A stretch of 64,000 nt of DNA from an uncultured Bacteroidales bacterium (lineage in GTDB: Bacteria > Bacteroidota > Bacteroidia > Bacteroidales > UBA10428). Within the stretch, counting starts at the first letter, position 1, and each line of letters opens with the position of its first letter. Shown here piece by piece: positions 38,149 through 49,021 of the stretch. The translations under genes were made by a program, and so were the position numbers. The notes below the pieces were generated by a model, which did not search any database, was not told the DNA's origin, and saw only the letters and a list, made by a program, of their open reading frames with translations. Location: contig CAYWBC010000002.1 of assembly GCA_964456285.1 (NCBI GenBank), positions 16,999-80,998 on the forward strand. Reading direction: 5' to 3'.

Positions 38149-39396
38149 ATGACAATTATCAGAAATATTGCAAGGTTTATAATGGGAACTGTCTTTATTT
38201 TTTCAGGCTTTGTTAAAGCCATTGATCCTTTGGGGTCCACCTATAAATTTCAGGATTATTTTGATGCTTTTGGATGGGATTTTTTATCGCCTTTGGCCCT
38301 GGTATTGGCCATATTGTTGAGTAGTGCCGAATTAATTATTGGACTTTGCCTGTTTTTTAAGATAAAAATGAAGGTAACAGCCTGGGCTCTATTATTGTTT
38401 ATGTCTTTTTTCACAGTTCTTACTTTTGTAATTGCTCTTACAAATCCGGTTACAGACTGTGGCTGCTTTGGAGATGCTATCATTCTTACCAATTGGCAGA
38501 CCTTCTACAAAAATCTTATATTATTTATTCCTACATTCCTGATATTTCATCAACGGAATCATTTTATTCAAATTTTTAAAGACCTTGTTCAGTGGACTAT
38601 GGTTATAGCCTTAAGTATTGCTACTCTGCTTTTATCGCTTCATTGTTATTTTAACCTGCCATTTATTGATTTCAGACCATATAAAATTGGTACAAACATT
38701 TCTGCTTCAATGAAAATACCGGAGGGCATGCCTTCAGATGAGTATGAAACAGTTCTTGTTTATGAGAAAGATGGCGTCTCTGAGGATTTTACACTCGATT
38801 CTGAAATTGAACCATGGAATGATAGTTCCTGGCATTGGGTGGAAACAAAGAATATTTTGTTAAAGAAAGGTTATCAACCTCCTATTCATGATTTTACATT
38901 GACATCTTATGAAGGTATTGATGTTACTGATAGTGTATTGAATAATTCAGAATATTCATTCCTTGTTGTAGCATACGATTTGTCGAAGGCTAATCTTGGA
39001 GGACTTATCAGAATCAATGAATTTACTAAAAGTGCTATTCAAAACAATTACAACGTATATGGTATGACTTCTTCCATGAGTGAGCTTGTAGATGAAATTA
39101 ATGCTACTGTAAATCCTGCTTTTGAATTTTTCATCACCGATAATATCACCCTGAAAACAATGATTCGAAGTAATCCGGGATTGATGTTAATAAAGGATGG
39201 GAATGTTATTGGTAAGTGGCATTATAGAAATATCCCAGATGAAAGCTTTTTTAGTGAGAACGGTTTGTCTTTTTCTTTAAAGGAAATAACTGCAATAAAG
39301 AATGATTATTTGTCCTTAATTGTGGTCTTAATTATAGCTTCAATATCATTATTTCTGAACATTTTTCGTATGCGTAAACTCAAGTCAAAATCTTGA
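38149..39396 (+). CDS. MauE/DoxX-like membrane protein fused to a periplasmic thioredoxin-fold-like domain (BT_3928-like)
   Basis: 4-5 N-terminal TM with the TDCGCFGD motif. Soluble ~200-aa domain with no CxxC. C-terminal TM anchor. Confidence 0.6.
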   Translation: MTIIRNIARFIMGTVFIFSGFVKAIDPLGSTYKFQDYFDAFGWDFLSPLALVLAILLSSAELIIGLCLFFKIKMKVTAWALLLFMSFFTVLTFVIALTNPVTDCGCFGDAIILTNWQTFYKNLILFIPTFLIFHQRNHFIQIFKDLVQWTMVIALSIATLLLSLHCYFNLPFIDFRPYKIGTNISASMKIPEGMPSDEYETVLVYEKDGVSEDFTLDSEIEPWNDSSWHWVETKNILLKKGYQPPIHDFTLTSYEGIDVTDSVLNNSEYSFLVVAYDLSKANLGGLIRINEFTKSAIQNNYNVYGMTSSMSELVDEINATVNPAFEFFITDNITLKTMIRSNPGLMLIKDGNVIGKWHYRNIPDESFFSENGLSFSLKEITAIKNDYLSLIVVLIIASISLFLNIFRMRKLKSKS

Positions 39397-39470
39397 ATAA
39401 GCTGGTAGTATTCATTAGTTATTTACTGGAAATTTCAAATACTCAAACAACAAATTGTTACTAAACAGAT

Positions 39471-40772
39471 ATGCTTCAATTTAGGCTTTCAAAATTTGGC
39501 GAAAGATCATCTGCACCATCAACAGTAAATGAGATGACCGGTGAGTTTGCTGATAATTTTAGGGAGGGTATTGATGTTAATTTGGGAGTTGGGTATGTAA
39601 ATGATAAAACCATTCCTGTTAAAGAAATCGTCAAAGCATACGAAGAGATAATTTGCAATCCTTTAAAATACAGGAGTGCTCTTAATTATGGCGGCGGTGA
39701 GGGCTCATTGAATTTACGAAAAGCTATTCGCAACCATTATGTAAAAAACAATATTGGCAATCTCTCACAACAGGAACTGGCAGAATACAGTATTCTGATA
39801 GGAGCAGATGGAGCCACAAGTATTCTGGATTCATTTGCTGATATTATTGAACCGGGATATGTGATTACAGCCGATCCATATTATTATATATATACAGAGA
39901 CATTGAGGCGAAAAGGATTTGATTTACTTCCTGTTGAAGAGGATGACCAGGGAATAAGGATTGATCTGATAGAAAAGGCTTTGAGTAAAATTGATATTGA
40001 AAGAATTTCCTTTTTCTATATTGTTACAGTAAACAATCCAACAGCTACTATTCTTTCAAACGACCGTAGAAAAAAGATTGTTGAAATATCCCTTAAGCTT
40101 TCCAAAAAACTAAAAAGAAAGATTCCTGTTCTCTTTGATAAAGCTTATGAAGATATTATTCATAATCCGGATGTTCCAAAGCCAATTTCTGGTCTGAAAT
40201 ACAATACCCTGGGAAATGTATTTGAGGTAGGAACTTTATCAAAAGTAATTGCTCCGGCTCTGAGAATAGGATATATATTTTCTTCATCAGACGTAATTTC
40301 CAGTTTATTGATTCAAAGAACTTCGGATATTGGTTTTAGCGCTTCGCTTATTAACCAGGAGATAGCAAGTTGGCTGCTGGATAATTACATTGAGATCCAA
40401 AAGGAAAATGTGAACTTTGGATACAAAGAAAAAGCTATAGCAATTAAGCGTTTGCTTATTACTGAACTGGGAAATTACCTTTCAGAACTTAGAGGGGGTG
40501 AGGCTGGATTTTATTTTTACCTGACATTAAAGAAAATAGAGACTCACAAAGATTCAAAATTCCATAAGTACTTGTCTCGGAATACTGGCGTTTTTGAGAT
40601 AGACGGAAGTCCTGAGAAATTGCCACGACTTATTTATGTGCCGGGAACAATGTGCAGTATTGGTTTGCAGGCAAAATATCAATTGAGACTATCCTATGGG
40701 TTTGAGGATATAAAAGTATTCGTAAAGGCAATTGCAATGATAAAAGAGGCTTGTGAATATGCAGTCTCATAA
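39471..40772 (+). CDS. class I/II PLP-dependent aminotransferase
   Basis: 433 aa. Fold-type I pattern with candidate PLP lysine in GTLSKVIAPALRIGYI. Substrate not inferable. Confidence 0.75.
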   Translation: MLQFRLSKFGERSSAPSTVNEMTGEFADNFREGIDVNLGVGYVNDKTIPVKEIVKAYEEIICNPLKYRSALNYGGGEGSLNLRKAIRNHYVKNNIGNLSQQELAEYSILIGADGATSILDSFADIIEPGYVITADPYYYIYTETLRRKGFDLLPVEEDDQGIRIDLIEKALSKIDIERISFFYIVTVNNPTATILSNDRRKKIVEISLKLSKKLKRKIPVLFDKAYEDIIHNPDVPKPISGLKYNTLGNVFEVGTLSKVIAPALRIGYIFSSSDVISSLLIQRTSDIGFSASLINQEIASWLLDNYIEIQKENVNFGYKEKAIAIKRLLITELGNYLSELRGGEAGFYFYLTLKKIETHKDSKFHKYLSRNTGVFEIDGSPEKLPRLIYVPGTMCSIGLQAKYQLRLSYGFEDIKVFVKAIAMIKEACEYAVS

Positions 40773-40889
40773 GAAATAATTGCCCTTATTTAAGTATAAT
40801 CATCCTAAATTAATTCTTTCTTGATCAGTTAATTAAGATTTTTATAATTTCGCGCCGAGGAAATATTTATTAAAAACATATACCATATT

Positions 40890-41639
40890 ATGAGAAAACA
40901 TATTGTTGCAGGAAACTGGAAAATGAACACCACATTGCAAGAAGGAATTAAACTTGCAAAGGCTGTTAATGAAAAGGTCTCGGGAAATGATGTAACTGTA
41001 GTTCTTTGTACTCCTTTCGTTCATTTAACTGAAGTCAGTAAAACGATTGATAAAGAGGCTCTGTTTTTAGGAGCTCAGAATTGTGCAGATAAAGAAAGTG
41101 GAGCCTATACAGGAGAAATATCTGTTGATATGATCAAATCTACCGGTGCTACTCATGTTATTCTTGGCCATTCAGAACGCAGAGCATACTATGGAGAGAA
41201 AAACCAAATTCTGGCAGTAAAAGTCAAACTTGCTCTTGAAGCTGGCCTAATTCCAATTTTTTGCATCGGAGAAGTTCTTGAAGAAAGAGAAGCAGGAAAA
41301 CATTTTGATGTAGTTAAAACGCAACTGGATGAAGGTCTGTTTAATTTGTCTTCAGATGAGTTTAGTAAAGTTGTTATAGCCTATGAACCTGTTTGGGCTA
41401 TTGGCACAGGAAAAACTGCCTCGCCTGACCAGGCTCAGGAAATTCATAAGGTAATTCGAGATCATATTGTTTCTAAATACGGACAAGGTATTGCCGATAA
41501 TACTACAATTTTATATGGCGGAAGCTGCAAACCTTCAAATGCTGCAGAACTTTTTGAAAATCCAGACGTAGATGGCGGTTTGATCGGAGGCGCAGCCTTA
41601 AATGCTGATGACTTCATGGGCATAGTAAATGCCTTCTGA
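40890..41639 (+). CDS. tpiA: triose-phosphate isomerase
   Basis: [28 protein letters not shown]. Confidence 0.96.
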   Translation: MRKHIVAGNWKMNTTLQEGIKLAKAVNEKVSGNDVTVVLCTPFVHLTEVSKTIDKEALFLGAQNCADKESGAYTGEISVDMIKSTGATHVILGHSERRAYYGEKNQILAVKVKLALEAGLIPIFCIGEVLEEREAGKHFDVVKTQLDEGLFNLSSDEFSKVVIAYEPVWAIGTGKTASPDQAQEIHKVIRDHIVSKYGQGIADNTTILYGGSCKPSNAAELFENPDVDGGLIGGAALNADDFMGIVNAF

Positions 41640-41660
41640 AAATATTTTAATGTGCATAAA

Positions 41661-41695
41661 ACGACAATCGATTTCTAAGCTTGTCGTTTTTTTTT
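41661..41695 (+). terminator. rho-independent terminator after tpiA
   Basis: ACGACAA (41661-41667) pairs with TTGTCGT (41681-41687), followed by an 8-T run. Confidence 0.8.
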
Positions 41696-41754
41696 GCCGA
41701 ATTTTAACAAGATCGAGTTAAATTATATTGCCCGAGAGTTTAATAGTATGTGCA

Positions 41755-42594
41755 ATGATTTATAAATCCATCCATTTTACAATGGAGCCCTGCAAAGAGG
41801 AGTTCACTGAAATTTTATCGGCCTTTTTAGATGCATCCAATTACGAAGGCACCTATGAAGAAAATGATACAATTACAGCGTATATTCCAATAGAAAGTTA
41901 TTCTCTTAGCGCTCTCAATGAGATTAAATCAATACTAAAAAATTCGGGTTGTATTCTTAGCTGGAAGCTGGAAGATATTCCTGAACAAAATTGGAATCTA
42001 ATATGGGAAAGAAATTTTGAGCCTGTAATCATTTCAGATCAATGCCTTGTGAGGGCTCCTTTTCACCAGGAATACCCGCATATTCCATTGGAGATAATCA
42101 TTGAGCCAAAAATGTCATTTGGTACTGGTCATCATCAAACTACAAGCTTAATGATGGAACAGATGCTACGCATTGATTTTAAAAATATGAATGTCCTGGA
42201 TATGGGCTGTGGCACAGGAGTGCTGGGTATTTTGGCTTCTAAATTAGGTGCATCAAAAGTGACAGGGGTAGATATTGACAATTGGTCATATAATAATACC
42301 CTTGAGAATATTGAGAGAAATTCTGTTAAAAATATGCAGGTTTTTCAAGGTGGAAGTAAATGCATTCCGAAAGAAAAATATCATATTGTCCTGGCAAATA
42401 TTAACCTTAATGTTTTACTTGATCAGATAAACGAATATTCTAAAATAACTAAGAAAGGGAGCATATTGCTTCTAAGCGGTATACTTAATGAAAATCAAGA
42501 GATTATATTGGAGATGGCTGAGAAGAATTTCTTTAATCTTCAAAACAAAAATGAGCAAGATGGATGGTTGATGCTTATGTTTGTCCGGAATTGA
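41755..42594 (+). CDS. prmA: ribosomal protein L11 methyltransferase PrmA
   Basis: FGTGHHQTT, DMGCGTGVLGI. ATG at 41755 preferred over the TTG at 41728. Confidence 0.9.
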   Translation: MIYKSIHFTMEPCKEEFTEILSAFLDASNYEGTYEENDTITAYIPIESYSLSALNEIKSILKNSGCILSWKLEDIPEQNWNLIWERNFEPVIISDQCLVRAPFHQEYPHIPLEIIIEPKMSFGTGHHQTTSLMMEQMLRIDFKNMNVLDMGCGTGVLGILASKLGASKVTGVDIDNWSYNNTLENIERNSVKNMQVFQGGSKCIPKEKYHIVLANINLNVLLDQINEYSKITKKGSILLLSGILNENQEIILEMAEKNFFNLQNKNEQDGWLMLMFVRN

Positions 42595-42663
42595 TTATTT
42601 TTAAGATTAAGAATGATAATTGTATTTTAAACATTGCCTTTCGATTAAGAAAATCAACAGATT

Positions 42664-45600
42664 ATGCATTCAGCGATTCACTGTAAACGATTATTCAAGC
42701 TAGTATTCATTGTCTTTCTCAATATCTGTGCAGTTACGCTATATGCGAAAAAAATTGAAGTGTTTAGCGGTGATCCTTTAGTTTATATTGAAGAGCTATC
42801 TAATTTCCTGAGCAGTCTGCCTGAACAATACGAAGATGTTCCTGAAAAATTTATACAGGCCTGGGAAGAGGATAGTTTATTTGACTCAACAGAGCGAGAA
42901 AATATAATTCGCATGAGTCAGCTTATGATCAAAAGAAATACAAAACCATATCCGCATTTTTACAATTTTTTGTCCTGTATGCTTGCATTTGAAGAATTCA
43001 ATTCAAGCGAATCGAATTACAACAATTGGGTGGAAGGTTTTGAAAAACTTCTGGATAAAAGAAAAACCAAGACCTTTGAAATAAATAATATTCTTACGTT
43101 CACCAACATTTTGCTAAGGGAAAGTCTAATTTATAGATCAAACTCTACAACATGGAAAGTTGGCAATGGAAGCTACAAGATTCTAGACGATAAGGATTTA
43201 AGTGTTGAATTTACTGATGTTGATTTGATATGTTATGCAAAGCGTGATAGCATGCACCTTTTCAATACAAATGGAGTTGCCTATCCAATTGAAATAATCT
43301 GGAAAGGGAGCGGAGGACTAGTTACCTGGGAAAGAGGTGGATATAGTCGGGATGATGTTTTTGCTACTATTAAGGACTATGAAATCGATCTTAAGAAATC
43401 AGAATACTATGCCGAGGATGTAACCTTCACAAACAAGATATATTTTGATGAACCTCTTCAAGGTGTATTGCATGATAAAGTTAAGTTCAATAGTGATCCG
43501 GACAATGCCACTTATCCTAAATTCGATTCTTACACCAAAGAATTTACGATTGAAAATTTGTATGAAAACATTGATTATGAAGGAGGTTTATCGATGCAGG
43601 GAGCAAAACTTGTGGGAACAGGGACCATAGAAAAAACTGCCAAGCTGAAAATATATCGGAATGACACCCTTGTACTTACAGCGTCCTCTGTTTTCTTTGG
43701 ATTTAGGAGTGACAGGGTTTCGAGTTTGAGAACTTCTGTTTCAATAAAGTTGAGAAATGATTCTATTTTTCATCCAGATCTGTTTTTTACTTATAGGGTG
43801 AAAAATAAAGAACTTACACTTCTTAAATCAGACAATTACGCTTCACAGGGTCCTTATTCAGATTCTTATCATAAGGTGGATATGAATTTTGAGCAGTTAA
43901 CTTGGCGTATGGATGAAGATGTAATGAATTTTACGGCTCCCCGTGGTGCTGCTATTGGTAATGCCTATTTTGAATCAGTAAACTATTTTAATCATGATAA
44001 ATTCATGAAAATGATGATGATGGATAATGCTCATCCATTGGTGTCATTGAAGAGTTTTGCCAGGAAATATGGCAGCGATGAATTTTCTGTGAGTGTTTAT
44101 GCTGATTATTTAAATATGCCATTGCATGAAGTTCAACAACAGGCAATGCGGATGGCTTATGGAGGATTTATTTATTATGATAAAAATACAGAAACAATAA
44201 CTCTAAAACCCCGCTTATACGATTACCTTGCTGCAAGTATCAATAAAATAGATTATGATGTTATGGGCTTTGAATCAGTAGTTGAAGCACCCATGGAAAA
44301 TGCTATTTATAATTTGAAAACCAACGATTTGATAATCAATGGCATTCCCGAAATTCACGTTAGTGATTCTCAAAATGTTATCATATATCCAAAATACAAC
44401 CGAATCATTCTGAAAAGCAACAGGAATTTTCAATTTGATGGGATTGTACAGGCTGGATTATTATCATTTTTCGGCAGTAATTTTTTCTTTCATTACGATT
44501 CCTTTAAAGTGAATATGCAAAATGTAGATTCACTGAATATTGAATTTCTTACAGGCAAGAGGGATAATTATGGTTTGCCAATCGTCGACTTTGTTAAAAA
44601 CAGATTACATCACATTACCGGGGAGGTTTTGATTGACAAACCAGATAATAAATCAGGAAGAGAAAGCTATCCGGAATACCCCATTTTTACCAGCAAGGAA
44701 AACTCTTTTGTATACTATGAAAAAAGTAATATTCAGAAAGGAGTATATGAATCGAATGATTTTTATTTTGAGGTCTATCCATTTGTAATGGATAGTCTGG
44801 ACAATTTTAATTATAAGGACCTGTATTTTGAAGGTGAGTTTGTATCCGCGGGAATATTTCCTTCGTTCGAGAAAAAATTATCACTTCAACCTGATAATTC
44901 GCTGGGCTTTAGACATATGACTCCTGAAGAGGGGTATCCGGTTTACAATGGGAAAGGTACATTCAATAATGAGATTTGGCTATCTAACAAAGGATTGAGA
45001 GCTGATGGGACCCTGAAATACCTGACTTCAACTACTCAATCCAATGATTTCATTTTTTATCCGGACTCAATGAATACGCTTTCCAATAGTTATGCTATTG
45101 TCCAGCAAACTACTGAGCCGCAGTATCCAAGAGTAAAATCAGTTAATAACTACATTCATTGGTTGCCTTATGCTGATAAAATGTACGCTGAAAAAACAGA
45201 TACTGATTTTACAATGTTTAACGATTCAACGAAACTTAATGGCAATCTACTCCTGGAACCAATTGGCTTATCAGGTAATGGAAAGATGGATCTGAAAAAT
45301 TCAGATTTGCATTCCAACTTATTTACATATAAAGCACAGGATATATATTCAGATACTGCCGATTTTTATCTAAAATCGCTTCATACAGATGGTTTTACAG
45401 TGTTAACAGACAATATGAATGCCCACATTGATTACCGACAAAAAAAGGGCTGGTTTAAATCAAATGATGAATTTGCCCTGGTAAATTTCCCGGATAATAA
45501 GTACGTCAGTTACATTGACTATTTCATATGGGATATGGTAGAGAAGGAGTTGGCCATGGGATCCTGGTCAGATACAGATAGTATTGATTATACTGGTGAA

Positions 45601-47181
45601 AATGAAGATATTGAACCCTATGGACCAAGATATATCTCTCTACATCATGATCAGGATTCTTTGAATTTTGTGTCCCCTTTGGCATATTACGATTATGAAA
45701 AGAATCATATTAACGCTACGGGAGTTAAATTCATTGAGGTAGCAGATGCAAGAATTTATCCCTTTGAAGGTGACGTTACTATCATGAGAGATGCCTTAAT
45801 GCGTACTCTTGAGAATGCAATTATTAGAACTCATAAAGAAACGAAATACCATACAATTCATTCTGCCACCTTAAATATTACTGGCCGGAACTACTATTCA
45901 GGGGTTGGCAATTATGATTATGTTGATGAAACCGGAGAAATACAATTGATACATTTTGATAAAATCAAAGTTGATAGTACAATAATTTCAATTGCAAGTG
46001 GAGAAATTTATGAATCAGCTGATTTCAAACTAAGCCCGGTATATCAATATCAAGGCAAGGTCTTCCTTAGATCGACTGACTCTCTTTTGACATTTAAGGG
46101 TGGTGTTATGATTGAACAAAATTGTGATCATCTAAAGCCTCAATGGCTTTATTTCAGTTCCAGAATTGACCCTAACGACATTTATATTCCTTTACCTGAG
46201 CAACCAGTTAATATAGACAGGAATAAGATATATACCGGTATGTATATGTATTACGATTCGGTTCATATTTATCCTGCATTTCTAACTGCCCGAAAAAGCT
46301 ATAGCGACAGAGTTCTTATTCCTGCGGATGGATTTCTATTTTATGATAAAGCTCAACAATTGTATAAAATTGGATCAAAGGAAAAAATTAATGACTTTAC
46401 CTTACCCGAAAATTACCTCAGTTTGCATCCTGAAGATTGTCGAATATACAGCGAGGGGAAAATTGATCTTGGCGAGGACCTTGGACAGCTTAAACTCAGC
46501 ACATATGGGAATGTGGTACATGAAGAACCTGAAAATAAAACTACACTTGATCTAGTGCTTATGATTGATTTTTATTTATCGGAAGATATGATACAACTTA
46601 TGGCTCAGGAAATAGACAGTGCGCCACGTCTTGATCCGGTCAATATGAACAGACCTGTTTTAACGAAAACAATTGAGTCTCTTATTGGAGTTGAACAATC
46701 TCAAAAATTCCGTGATGAATTGACATTGTTTGGAACAATTAAGCAATTGCCTAATGAATTGAAGCATACTATGGTTTTGACAGATCTGAAATTCGTTTGG
46801 AATGATGAAACAAATTCATATCGTTCAGAAGGGAAAATTGGTATTGGAAGTATAGGAAATACACAGATTAATAAAAAAGTGAATGGTTTTATTGAATTGC
46901 AAATTAAGCGAAGCGGTGACATAATGGATATCTTTCTTGAGATTGACAGGCGAACATATTACTATTTCGGATATACAAGAGGTGTAATGCAAACTCTTTC
47001 AAGCAATCGACAATATGTTGAAACCATAATGAACATGAAAACCCGCGATAGAAAAATGAAAGTTCCCAGGGGGGAAACATCATATATATATATGATTGCA
47101 ACAGACAGGAAGAAAACCAATTTTTATAGAAGATACCAGGATGCATTGGAGGGAAAATCTGAATTGGAAAATGACGATTAA
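42664..47181 (+). CDS. 1505-aa secreted protein of unknown function
   Basis: Uninterrupted 4.5-kb ORF with an N-terminal signal/anchor (LFKLVFIVFLNICAVTLYA). I recognise no domains or internal repeats. Confidence 0.7.
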   Translation: MHSAIHCKRLFKLVFIVFLNICAVTLYAKKIEVFSGDPLVYIEELSNFLSSLPEQYEDVPEKFIQAWEEDSLFDSTERENIIRMSQLMIKRNTKPYPHFYNFLSCMLAFEEFNSSESNYNNWVEGFEKLLDKRKTKTFEINNILTFTNILLRESLIYRSNSTTWKVGNGSYKILDDKDLSVEFTDVDLICYAKRDSMHLFNTNGVAYPIEIIWKGSGGLVTWERGGYSRDDVFATIKDYEIDLKKSEYYAEDVTFTNKIYFDEPLQGVLHDKVKFNSDPDNATYPKFDSYTKEFTIENLYENIDYEGGLSMQGAKLVGTGTIEKTAKLKIYRNDTLVLTASSVFFGFRSDRVSSLRTSVSIKLRNDSIFHPDLFFTYRVKNKELTLLKSDNYASQGPYSDSYHKVDMNFEQLTWRMDEDVMNFTAPRGAAIGNAYFESVNYFNHDKFMKMMMMDNAHPLVSLKSFARKYGSDEFSVSVYADYLNMPLHEVQQQAMRMAYGGFIYYDKNTETITLKPRLYDYLAASINKIDYDVMGFESVVEAPMENAIYNLKTNDLIINGIPEIHVSDSQNVIIYPKYNRIILKSNRNFQFDGIVQAGLLSFFGSNFFFHYDSFKVNMQNVDSLNIEFLTGKRDNYGLPIVDFVKNRLHHITGEVLIDKPDNKSGRESYPEYPIFTSKENSFVYYEKSNIQKGVYESNDFYFEVYPFVMDSLDNFNYKDLYFEGEFVSAGIFPSFEKKLSLQPDNSLGFRHMTPEEGYPVYNGKGTFNNEIWLSNKGLRADGTLKYLTSTTQSNDFIFYPDSMNTLSNSYAIVQQTTEPQYPRVKSVNNYIHWLPYADKMYAEKTDTDFTMFNDSTKLNGNLLLEPIGLSGNGKMDLKNSDLHSNLFTYKAQDIYSDTADFYLKSLHTDGFTVLTDNMNAHIDYRQKKGWFKSNDEFALVNFPDNKYVSYIDYFIWDMVEKELAMGSWSDTDSIDYTGENEDIEPYGPRYISLHHDQDSLNFVSPLAYYDYEKNHINATGVKFIEVADARIYPFEGDVTIMRDALMRTLENAIIRTHKETKYHTIHSATLNITGRNYYSGVGNYDYVDETGEIQLIHFDKIKVDSTIISIASGEIYESADFKLSPVYQYQGKVFLRSTDSLLTFKGGVMIEQNCDHLKPQWLYFSSRIDPNDIYIPLPEQPVNIDRNKIYTGMYMYYDSVHIYPAFLTARKSYSDRVLIPADGFLFYDKAQQLYKIGSKEKINDFTLPENYLSLHPEDCRIYSEGKIDLGEDLGQLKLSTYGNVVHEEPENKTTLDLVLMIDFYLSEDMIQLMAQEIDSAPRLDPVNMNRPVLTKTIESLIGVEQSQKFRDELTLFGTIKQLPNELKHTMVLTDLKFVWNDETNSYRSEGKIGIGSIGNTQINKKVNGFIELQIKRSGDIMDIFLEIDRRTYYYFGYTRGVMQTLSSNRQYVETIMNMKTRDRKMKVPRGETSYIYMIATDRKKTNFYRRYQDALEGKSELENDD

Positions 47182-47182
47182 G

Positions 47183-47707
47183 CTAATATCGTTGTTCTAT
47201 TTCAACAACTTCAAGCTCTGTAATCTTTCTACCGTCAATTGTAAATCTGACAACAGTTCTGATTTTATGCAAACCATTTTTTCCTGCAGCTCCCGGATTT
47301 ATATGCAAGAGCTTATTTTTTGAATCGTTTATTACTTTCAAAATATGTGAATGTCCGGATATAAATAAATCCGGGGGGCTTTCAACAATTGTCTTATAAA
47401 TTGATCGGTCATACCTTCCCGGATAGCCTCCAATATGTTTTATCAATACATCAACTTCTTCACAATTAAATCGTTGTATTTCAGGAACAGCAGCTCTAAT
47501 TGTATGCCCATCTATATTTCCATATACTGCTTTTACAGGCTTCCAACTGGCAAGTTTATCAAATGTTTCAATTGTCCCAATATCGCCCGCATGCCAAATC
47601 TCATCGCAATTATTAAAATATTTCTGAATGCGATCATCCAAAAATCCGTGAGTATCTGAAAGCAATCCTATCCTTTTCAATTCTCTGAATTCTTTATATT
47701 TGAACAA
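47183..47707 (-). CDS. YfcE/MJ0936-type metallophosphoesterase
   Basis: SDTHG, WHAGDIG, GNID, GHSH motifs. Both candidate starts are TTG (47707, or 47680 giving MKRIGLLSDTHG). Confidence 0.85.
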   Translation of the reverse strand: MFKYKEFRELKRIGLLSDTHGFLDDRIQKYFNNCDEIWHAGDIGTIETFDKLASWKPVKAVYGNIDGHTIRAAVPEIQRFNCEEVDVLIKHIGGYPGRYDRSIYKTIVESPPDLFISGHSHILKVINDSKNKLLHINPGAAGKNGLHKIRTVVRFTIDGRKITELEVVEIEQRY

Positions 47708-47720
47708 AGATTACAATTTT

Positions 47721-48425
47721 ATGCAATTATTTTACGCTCCTGAACAACAAGGAGAACATTATTTTTTAAACGAGGAGGAGTCTAAGCACTGTACTAGGGT
47801 TCTTCGTCTGAGATCAGGAGATCATATTTTTCTTACAGATGGCAAGGGTAATTTGTCTGAGGGAATAATTGATACTTCAGGTAAGGGAAATATTTCTGTT
47901 AAAGTTTCAAGTACTGAAAATGAATATCAGAAAAGGAATTATTATTTGCATTTGGCAATAGCACCAACCAAAAACATTGATAGATTTGAATGGTTTCTTG
48001 AAAAGGCTACAGAAATTGGAATTGATGAGATAAGCCCAATACTTACAGATCATTCTGAGCGAAAAAAGATAAAGCTTGATCGACTTGAGAAAATAGTTAT
48101 AGCGGCAATGAAACAATCATTGAAGGCCTATAAGCCAATAGTTAATCCTTTGATAAGGTTTAGTGATTTCATAAAAGAAAAACATGGTGAAGAAGAACTG
48201 TTTATTGCACATTGCTATAAAAAAGAAAGATTTAATTTAAAAACTATTTACCATGCCGGTAAAAATAGCATTGTATTGATAGGTCCGGAAGGAGATTTTT
48301 CGGAAAGAGAAATTGATGTTGCGTTGGCTAATAATTTCAGGCCTGTAACTCTTGGTGAAAGTCGATTAAGAACTGAAACAGCCGGAATTGTAGCTTGTCA
48401 TACAATTTATCTGTTAAACCAATAA
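47721..48425 (+). CDS. rsmE: 16S rRNA (uracil1498-N3)-methyltransferase RsmE
   Basis: MQLFYAP N-terminus, PUA-like then SPOUT domain (IGPEGDFSEREI, LGESRLRTETA). Confidence 0.88.
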   Translation: MQLFYAPEQQGEHYFLNEEESKHCTRVLRLRSGDHIFLTDGKGNLSEGIIDTSGKGNISVKVSSTENEYQKRNYYLHLAIAPTKNIDRFEWFLEKATEIGIDEISPILTDHSERKKIKLDRLEKIVIAAMKQSLKAYKPIVNPLIRFSDFIKEKHGEEELFIAHCYKKERFNLKTIYHAGKNSIVLIGPEGDFSEREIDVALANNFRPVTLGESRLRTETAGIVACHTIYLLNQ

Positions 48426-48461
48426 GATTTAATAATTTTGTCAGTGTACTAATCCAACAAT

Positions 48462-48905
48462 ATGAAAAAAGAAAAAGCAGTTCAAAAATTCATGAAGGGA
48501 TACAATTGCGCGCAATCCATAGTATCAACTTTTAGTGAAGAATTAGGCCTAATGGAAAAACAAGCTTTGATGATAACTACTGGTTTGGGAGCAGGGATTA
48601 ATTATCAGGGTAAAACCTGCGGTGCAGTTCTTGGAGCTTATATTATTCTGGGTTTAAGATATGGAGTAGAAAATGCTGATGACCAGGAAGGAAAGTTAAA
48701 ACTTCGAAAGCTGCTGGATCAGTTTTCGAAAGATTTTTCTGAAAAATATAATTCTCTCAACTGTAAGGACATTCTTGGTTTGGATGTGAGTAAAGAGGAA
48801 GAGCTTGAGGAGTTGCGTGAGAAAAATGCTTTTAGAGAAGTTTGTCCCAAGGTTGTAGAAACTGCAGCAATAATTGTCGATAAGATGTTAAAAGATTCTA
48901 AATAA
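48462..48905 (+). CDS. C_GCAxxG_C_C family (seleno)protein-like redox protein
   Basis: YNCAQSI, GKTCGAVLGA, later Cys residues (LNCKD, EVCPKV), as in the family signature. Confidence 0.75.
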   Translation: MKKEKAVQKFMKGYNCAQSIVSTFSEELGLMEKQALMITTGLGAGINYQGKTCGAVLGAYIILGLRYGVENADDQEGKLKLRKLLDQFSKDFSEKYNSLNCKDILGLDVSKEEELEELREKNAFREVCPKVVETAAIIVDKMLKDSK

Positions 48906-49021
48906 AACAGCAGTCATTTATTTCGAAAGATGCTTGTTTTTACTAAATTTCTTAAACAAAAATCCTTTATTAAATGTTTTTAGTACTTTCTAAATGTTAA
49001 ACTAAAGAAATTTTAATAATT

